A stretch of DNA of 61,534 nucleotides from a bacterium HR34 (GTDB lineage: Bacteria > Patescibacteriota > Minisyncoccia > Minisyncoccales > HRBIN34). Shown piece after piece: positions 56,437-61,534 of the stretch. Numbering within the stretch: position 1 is the stretch's first letter; every line of letters starts with the position of its first letter. The notes under the pieces are model-generated. The model made no database searches. It saw only the letters and a list, made by a program, of their open reading frames with translations, and had not been told where the DNA came from. The stretch covers positions 1 to 61,534 of the forward strand of contig BEIK01000004.1 of NCBI GenBank assembly GCA_002923395.1, read 5' to 3'. The translations under genes were made by a program, and so were the position numbers.

Positions 56437-57304
56437 AAAAGTTGACGAAAGTATAATAAAGGAAGTTTTTCAACCGCGAAAAAGAGAGTCAAGAAAATAT
56501 GATTTCGGGCTTTTAAATGTTGTTGGTGGTTCTTATCTATATACGGGGTCACCTGCGCTAAACGCTTTGGCTGCTTTGAGAAGTGGCGTAGATTTAGTGA
56601 GAGTTATAGCTCCAAAAAGAGCGGCTGATGTAATAGCAAGTTTTAAACCTGATTTAATTTCTTATCCATTAGACTGTGATTACATTTCCAAAAAACAAGT
56701 TTCAGAAATTGTCGCTTTGTTGCTTTCTTCAAGGGAAGTTGCCAATAATAAAACTGCGCTAAATATTGGTGGAGGTTTGGGTAGAAATCCAAAGACAAAA
56801 GAAGCGGTTTTAGAAATAATTGAGAAAACAGATGATGTTCCATTTATAATAGATGCTGACGCCATACACGCTATCGCCGAAGACAAAAAAGTTTTGGAAG
56901 GCAAAAAATTTATTTTAACACCGCATGCTTATGAGTTTTATGTTTTAACAGGAAAAAGTATTTTTAATGCTCCTTTGGAAGAAAAAGCGAAGGCTGTTTT
57001 GGAAGTAGCACGGGAAATTAAAGGAGTGATAGTATTAAAAGGTTATGAAGATATAATTTCAGACGGAAACGAGGTTTTTGTTAACACAACAGGAACTCCT
57101 TTCATGACAAAAGGAGGAACAGGTGATGTTTTAGCTGGTATTGTGGGCGCTTTGGTTGCAAGGGGTTGTGATTTATTAAAGAGTGCTTTGGCAGGCACCT
57201 ATATTTCAGGTAAAGCAGGAGAAGTGGCTTCGAGTGTGAAAGGTGAGAGTTTGTTAGCAACTGATGTAATAGATAGTATTGAAAAAGTTATAAATATAAA
57301 TTAA
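56426..57304 (+). CDS. nnrD: ADP-dependent NAD(P)H-hydrate dehydratase
   Basis: K.DFG...VVGGS..YTG.P, IDADA, LTPH..EF, KG..D, GGTGDVLAG. Confidence 0.93.
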   Translation: MEIKKVDESIIKEVFQPRKRESRKYDFGLLNVVGGSYLYTGSPALNALAALRSGVDLVRVIAPKRAADVIASFKPDLISYPLDCDYISKKQVSEIVALLLSSREVANNKTALNIGGGLGRNPKTKEAVLEIIEKTDDVPFIIDADAIHAIAEDKKVLEGKKFILTPHAYEFYVLTGKSIFNAPLEEKAKAVLEVAREIKGVIVLKGYEDIISDGNEVFVNTTGTPFMTKGGTGDVLAGIVGALVARGCDLLKSALAGTYISGKAGEVASSVKGESLLATDVIDSIEKVININ

Positions 57305-57309
57305 ACTCA

Positions 57310-58539
57310 ATGACTAAAATAAAAAAAGTTTTTGCAAGAGAAATTTTGAATTCAAGAGGTGTTCCTACCATTGAAGTTTTTGTTGAAACAAAAGATGGAG
57401 TTTTTAATTCTGGAGTTCCTTCTGGATCTTCGAAGGGAAAGTTTGAAGCAATAGAAATAGAAGATGGTGGCAAAAGGTATATGGGGAAAGGAAAATTGAA
57501 GGCAGTTAAAATTGTAAATGAAACAATAAATAAAATTTTGCGAGGTAAAAGCGTTTTGGATCAAAAAGAAATAGATGAACTTTTAATACAAAAAGATGGG
57601 ACTCAAAATAAAAGTAGATTAGGGGGAAATGTTATAACAGGGGTTTCTATTGCTGTTTGCAAGGCAGGAGCGTTTTATTCTAAAACAAATTTGTTTGAAT
57701 ATATTAAAAAATTGAGCGGTAATAAAGAAAAATTATTTATTCCAAGGCCATTTTTTAATGTTATTAATGGCGGAGCGCATGTGTTATCAGGGTTGGATTT
57801 CCAAGAATTTATAATTTCTCCCAAATTAAAAAGTTTTCCAGATAATTTAGCAGCAGGGTGTGAGATTTTTTATAAGTTAAAAGATGTTATTAAGAAAAAC
57901 AAAATATTCGCTGGCTTTGGAGATGAAGGAGGTTTTGTACCAAATATAAAATATCCAGAGCAGGCTTTAGATTTAATAAATAAAGCGATTGACTTGACAG
58001 GATATAAAGGCAAGGTTGACATCGTTCTAGATATTGCAGCATCTCAATTTTATAGCAATGGAAAATATAAAACTTCGTTTAAAGTTTTTTCACCACTTTC
58101 TTTAAAAAAATATTACTTAAAATTTATTTCAAAATATAATATTATAGGCCTGGAAGATCCTTTTTCAGAAGATGACCATGGTTCTTGGAAGGAGATTGTA
58201 AAAAATGTGTCAAATAATAGTTTTATGATAATAGGAGACGATTTATTGGTTACAAATCCAAGAATGATAGAAAAAGCGAAAAAAGAAAATTTATGCAATT
58301 CTGCTATAATTAAAATAAATCAGGTTGGAAGTGTGAGCGAGGCGATAGAAGCTGTGAATTTATGCAAACAAAATAATTGGAAAGTTATTGTTTCGCACAG
58401 ATCAGGGGAAACAAACGATGACTTTATAGCAGATTTTGCAGTTGGAGTTGGCGCTGACTTTATAAAAACAGGCGCACCAAACAGAGGGGAAAGAGTTGCC
58501 AAATACAACCGCTTATTAGAAATAGAAAAATTAATATGA
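57310..58539 (+). CDS. eno: Enolase
   Basis: REILNSRG.PT.E, GDEGG, GDDL.VTN, SHRSGET, R.AKYN.L. Confidence 0.97.
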   Translation: MTKIKKVFAREILNSRGVPTIEVFVETKDGVFNSGVPSGSSKGKFEAIEIEDGGKRYMGKGKLKAVKIVNETINKILRGKSVLDQKEIDELLIQKDGTQNKSRLGGNVITGVSIAVCKAGAFYSKTNLFEYIKKLSGNKEKLFIPRPFFNVINGGAHVLSGLDFQEFIISPKLKSFPDNLAAGCEIFYKLKDVIKKNKIFAGFGDEGGFVPNIKYPEQALDLINKAIDLTGYKGKVDIVLDIAASQFYSNGKYKTSFKVFSPLSLKKYYLKFISKYNIIGLEDPFSEDDHGSWKEIVKNVSNNSFMIIGDDLLVTNPRMIEKAKKENLCNSAIIKINQVGSVSEAIEAVNLCKQNNWKVIVSHRSGETNDDFIADFAVGVGADFIKTGAPNRGERVAKYNRLLEIEKLI

Positions 58540-59618
58540 CAACCAATATTATGAAAAACTTATCAAAAGAAGAGTTTTTTAATGCTTCCTTAAAAGATAA
58601 AGACTTTAAAGAACTAAATGATTTTCTAGCTTACACAAAAAAAGTTGTTTACCCAAAAATAAAAGTTCTTTTAAATAGAAATATCGATAAAAAATTAAAA
58701 GATTGTATTGAGTACCAAATTGCTAAACCAGGAAAAATGTTAAGACCTGCCTTAATGCTTCTTTTTTATAAAGCTTATGGCGGTAAATCTATAGATAAAG
58801 TTAGTTATTTAGCGGCGGCTGTTGAAATAATGCATAACTCTTTGCTTATAACAGATGATATAATAGACGATACTAAAATTAGGAGAGGTAGATTATCTAC
58901 TTGGCAAAAATTTTCTTCTAGTATTGCTCAATGTATTCCGTTTATTTATACTGCTTCTGTATACGAAGCAGTGTTAAATGTAGATAAAATATTTTACAGG
59001 GATATTATTAATTATTTTTCCAATGCCTTAAAAGAAGTTACTATAGGAGAAATGTACGATATATTTTGTTCTTTAAATAAAAAAGATGGTAGGTATCTAG
59101 AAAAAAACAAAATAAAGAATATAACAATAAAAGATTATTATAAAATTGCAAAATTAAAGACGGGATCGTTGTTTGCTTTGCCTTGTGGTATTGGTACCTT
59201 GCTTGCTAAAGCTTCTAAAAAAGAAGTGAATAACGCATTTAAATGGGGATATGATTTTGGTGTGTTGTTTCAGATTACAGATGACATTTTAGATATGCAA
59301 CCCAACAAAAAAGGCGAACTAGAAGATGTTAAGGATGGCAAAGTGAACAACTTTTTAATAATAAATTGCTTACAATATTATGATAATAATATCAAAAATA
59401 AAATAATTACTACGCTTAGCGGTAGAAATATCAATAAAAATGATTTTAATTTTGTAAGGAAACTTATTCAAGATGATAAAGTTAAAAGATTAGTGGTGAA
59501 TTATTTAAGTAAAGTTGTAAATAATATATCTTCATTGAGTAGTCTTTCTAATAAACATAAAAAATATATTTTAATATTAGATTCATTTCCTGCTTATATT
59601 TTAAGTAGAGTTTTCTAA
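58536..59618 (+). CDS. Polyprenyl diphosphate synthase
   Basis: GK.LRP, DDIID...RRG, KTG.LF, FQITDDILD. Confidence 0.92.
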   Translation: MTTNIMKNLSKEEFFNASLKDKDFKELNDFLAYTKKVVYPKIKVLLNRNIDKKLKDCIEYQIAKPGKMLRPALMLLFYKAYGGKSIDKVSYLAAAVEIMHNSLLITDDIIDDTKIRRGRLSTWQKFSSSIAQCIPFIYTASVYEAVLNVDKIFYRDIINYFSNALKEVTIGEMYDIFCSLNKKDGRYLEKNKIKNITIKDYYKIAKLKTGSLFALPCGIGTLLAKASKKEVNNAFKWGYDFGVLFQITDDILDMQPNKKGELEDVKDGKVNNFLIINCLQYYDNNIKNKIITTLSGRNINKNDFNFVRKLIQDDKVKRLVVNYLSKVVNNISSLSSLSNKHKKYILILDSFPAYILSRVF

Positions 59619-59620
59619 GC

Positions 59621-60499
59621 ATGAATAGATATTTGAGATTTATAAAAAATGAGTTTATTTATGGAAGTCATCTAATATCTTTTTCTGGGGTAATGGCTAT
59701 GTTGTTGGGGTTAAATATATTAGGTGTAGAATTAAAATCACTTTTGTATCTTGTATTGACGTACATAATATTTGCGATAGGTTTTCTTTACAATAGATAT
59801 GTAGAAATAGATCAAGATACTTCTTCAAACTCTAAAAGAGTTTTACACATTAAAAGTTATTTTAATTATATTCCTTATATCTTAATTGCATACTCAATAT
59901 TGTTTTTTACGATTTTATATCTTTCTTTGCAAATTACATATGGATATATTTCATATATAAAATTTTTATTGGCAACATTAGTTTTTGTGTTGCCATTTCT
60001 TTATACATATACAAAAGGTCTTACAAAGATAATACCTTGTTTTAAAGAAATTAAGTTCGCTTTAAATTGGGTAATATTATTTTTTGTGTTTTCTTTTCTA
60101 AATGATTATTATAACTTAGACATACCACTTATATTGTTTTTTATATTTTTATTTTTGAGGATTTTTTTAGCAACTTCTTTGTTCGATGTAAAAGATATTT
60201 TACAAGATAAACAAGAGGGTTTAAAAACGACAGCAGTATTGTTAGGGGAGAAAAATATTTTTAAATTTTTAATTGGTTTATCTATAACTGCGGTTATTCC
60301 TATTTTGATAGGCTATTATTTACACGTTTACGATTTAGTTGCAGTATCACTTTTATTTACTACTTTTTATACAATATTATATATTAAACTTTTCACCATC
60401 AAAAAGAGTAATATGGACGTTATTTACTATATAATAATAGGTGGAGAATTTACTTTATATTTTATTGTATATAAAATTGTAGAAATGGCAATTTATTAG
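59621..60499 (+). CDS. UbiA-family prenyltransferase
   Basis: Multi-TM; NRYVEIDQD..N..R and FDVKD..QD..EG..T. Confidence 0.85.
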   Translation: MNRYLRFIKNEFIYGSHLISFSGVMAMLLGLNILGVELKSLLYLVLTYIIFAIGFLYNRYVEIDQDTSSNSKRVLHIKSYFNYIPYILIAYSILFFTILYLSLQITYGYISYIKFLLATLVFVLPFLYTYTKGLTKIIPCFKEIKFALNWVILFFVFSFLNDYYNLDIPLILFFIFLFLRIFLATSLFDVKDILQDKQEGLKTTAVLLGEKNIFKFLIGLSITAVIPILIGYYLHVYDLVAVSLLFTTFYTILYIKLFTIKKSNMDVIYYIIIGGEFTLYFIVYKIVEMAIY

Positions 60500-60515
60500 T
60501 AGTGCATGCTTTTAT

Positions 60516-61534
60516 ATGGTATCTTTACCTATTCTTGATAGCATTTTTATAAAAAACTTTAATATTTTTGGTACGATATTTGTTTTGGTGGTCGGAATTT
60601 TATTAGGATTGTTGGTATATTTGGCCAGTAGTGAAAATATTAGGTTTAAAAGGAGATTTTTTATTTTAATTCTTTTTAATACACTTTGGGCATTGTCTAG
60701 TTTCCTTACTAACATAGGAGTATTTCAGAATGAGACTTTTACATTGTACTCTCTTAAGATAACATTTTTTTTAGGAATTTTATTTAGTATTTATTATTAT
60801 TTGTTTATTAATGAGATAAATCATGCCTTTAAATTTTATGTTGTTGATAAGGTTATAGTGTTTTTCGGTATTATAATAGCTTATCTCACTCTTTTTTCAG
60901 ATTATATTATAAGCGATTTTAATAAGAATAATATTATAAATCCTATTTTTGGCGATTTAAGAAATTTCTTTTTCTTTTTCGTGTTTATAGTAATACTAAT
61001 TTCAATATATAAATTAATTTATATTTACATTAAGAAAAAATCATTAAGGGATAAAATTAAGTATTTTATTATAGGGACCTTATTATTCGTAGTAGCCAAT
61101 TTAATATTTAATGGTGTTATACCGTTTTTATATGACACTTACGAATATTATTATTTTGGCGTATATTCTTCTATTTTCTTAATTATTTTAATCACTAATG
61201 GCGTTGTTAAAAAAAATCTATTTGCAATCCAAAATGCATATTCTTTTTTAATGCTGGTTTTATTATACGGCGTATTTATATTCGATTTAGCTTCTTTTAC
61301 AAATTCTTCTAAAATGTTTGAATTTAAGGTAGTATCTTTATTAATTATTTTTTTATTAAGCGTGATATTAATAAAGGCAATCGCCAACAATATAAATTAT
61401 TTAAAAGAACTCGAAGAAAAATCCAAACTTCAATTAGAAGTCAACAAAAAGCTCACCCAATCCTACAAAAAGCTAAAAGAAGTAGACAAAGCAAAATCAG
61501 AGTTTGTTTCAATAACATCTCATCAATTAAGAAC
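60516..61534 (+). CDS. Membrane sensor histidine kinase, multi-TM N-terminus, 3'-partial (not in the ORF track)
   Basis: My translation from ATG 60516 is open to the window end and finishes KKLKEVDKAKSEFVSITSHQLR (HisKA H-box). Confidence 0.88.
   Translation, partial: MVSLPILDSIFIKNFNIFGTIFVLVVGILLGLLVYLASSENIRFKRRFFILILFNTLWALSSFLTNIGVFQNETFTLYSLKITFFLGILFSIYYYLFINEINHAFKFYVVDKVIVFFGIIIAYLTLFSDYIISDFNKNNIINPIFGDLRNFFFFFVFIVILISIYKLIYIYIKKKSLRDKIKYFIIGTLLFVVANLIFNGVIPFLYDTYEYYYFGVYSSIFLIILITNGVVKKNLFAIQNAYSFLMLVLLYGVFIFDLASFTNSSKMFEFKVVSLLIIFLLSVILIKAIANNINYLKELEEKSKLQLEVNKKLTQSYKKLKEVDKAKSEFVSITSHQLR

Noticed and set aside
2100-58508. Many short antisense or nested ORFs in the track (e.g. 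2100-2444, 19484-19951, 26577-27050, 48652-49101)
   Set aside because: Shadows of well-supported genes, with F/S/L-rich composition typical of reverse-complement frames.

Overview
A low-GC chromosomal segment (standard code 11), most consistent with a Patescibacteria/CPR bacterium, probably Parcubacteria. The taxonomy is inferred from a short IF-2, PheT without the OB domain, a CPR-type pilin domain, rplK not followed by rplA, and starts lacking Shine-Dalgarno motifs. It is mostly housekeeping: infB-rbfA, four tRNAs (Cys, Leu, Pro, Gln), an Rrf2-sufCBDSU-sodA-sufT operon, ndk-pyrH, a pentose-phosphate cluster, pheST, gyrB, secE-nusG-rplK-dcd-gatB, miaB, dnaB-recR-cysS-dnaX, ppa, a divergent ftsZ, galU, nnrD and eno. 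Orphan genes and four decayed genes are interspersed. The most notable observations are: (1) four intergenic copies of a 28-bp palindrome, CCAAACGTTCACGATCGTGAACGTTTGG, one with a compensatory base change and no transposase nearby; (2) a 4xCBS + HPF/RaiA-like protein resembling archaeal ribosome hibernation factors; (3) a compact 6S-like RNA with its own promoter; (4) a ComEC-type metallo-beta-lactamase domain fused to a CPR pilin; (5) a polyprenyl synthase-UbiA-multi-TM histidine kinase gene run; (6) a LAGLIDADG intein in SufB; (7) TruB-acylphosphatase and RpiB-Rpe fusions. All calls come from manual motif recognition; no database searches were run.
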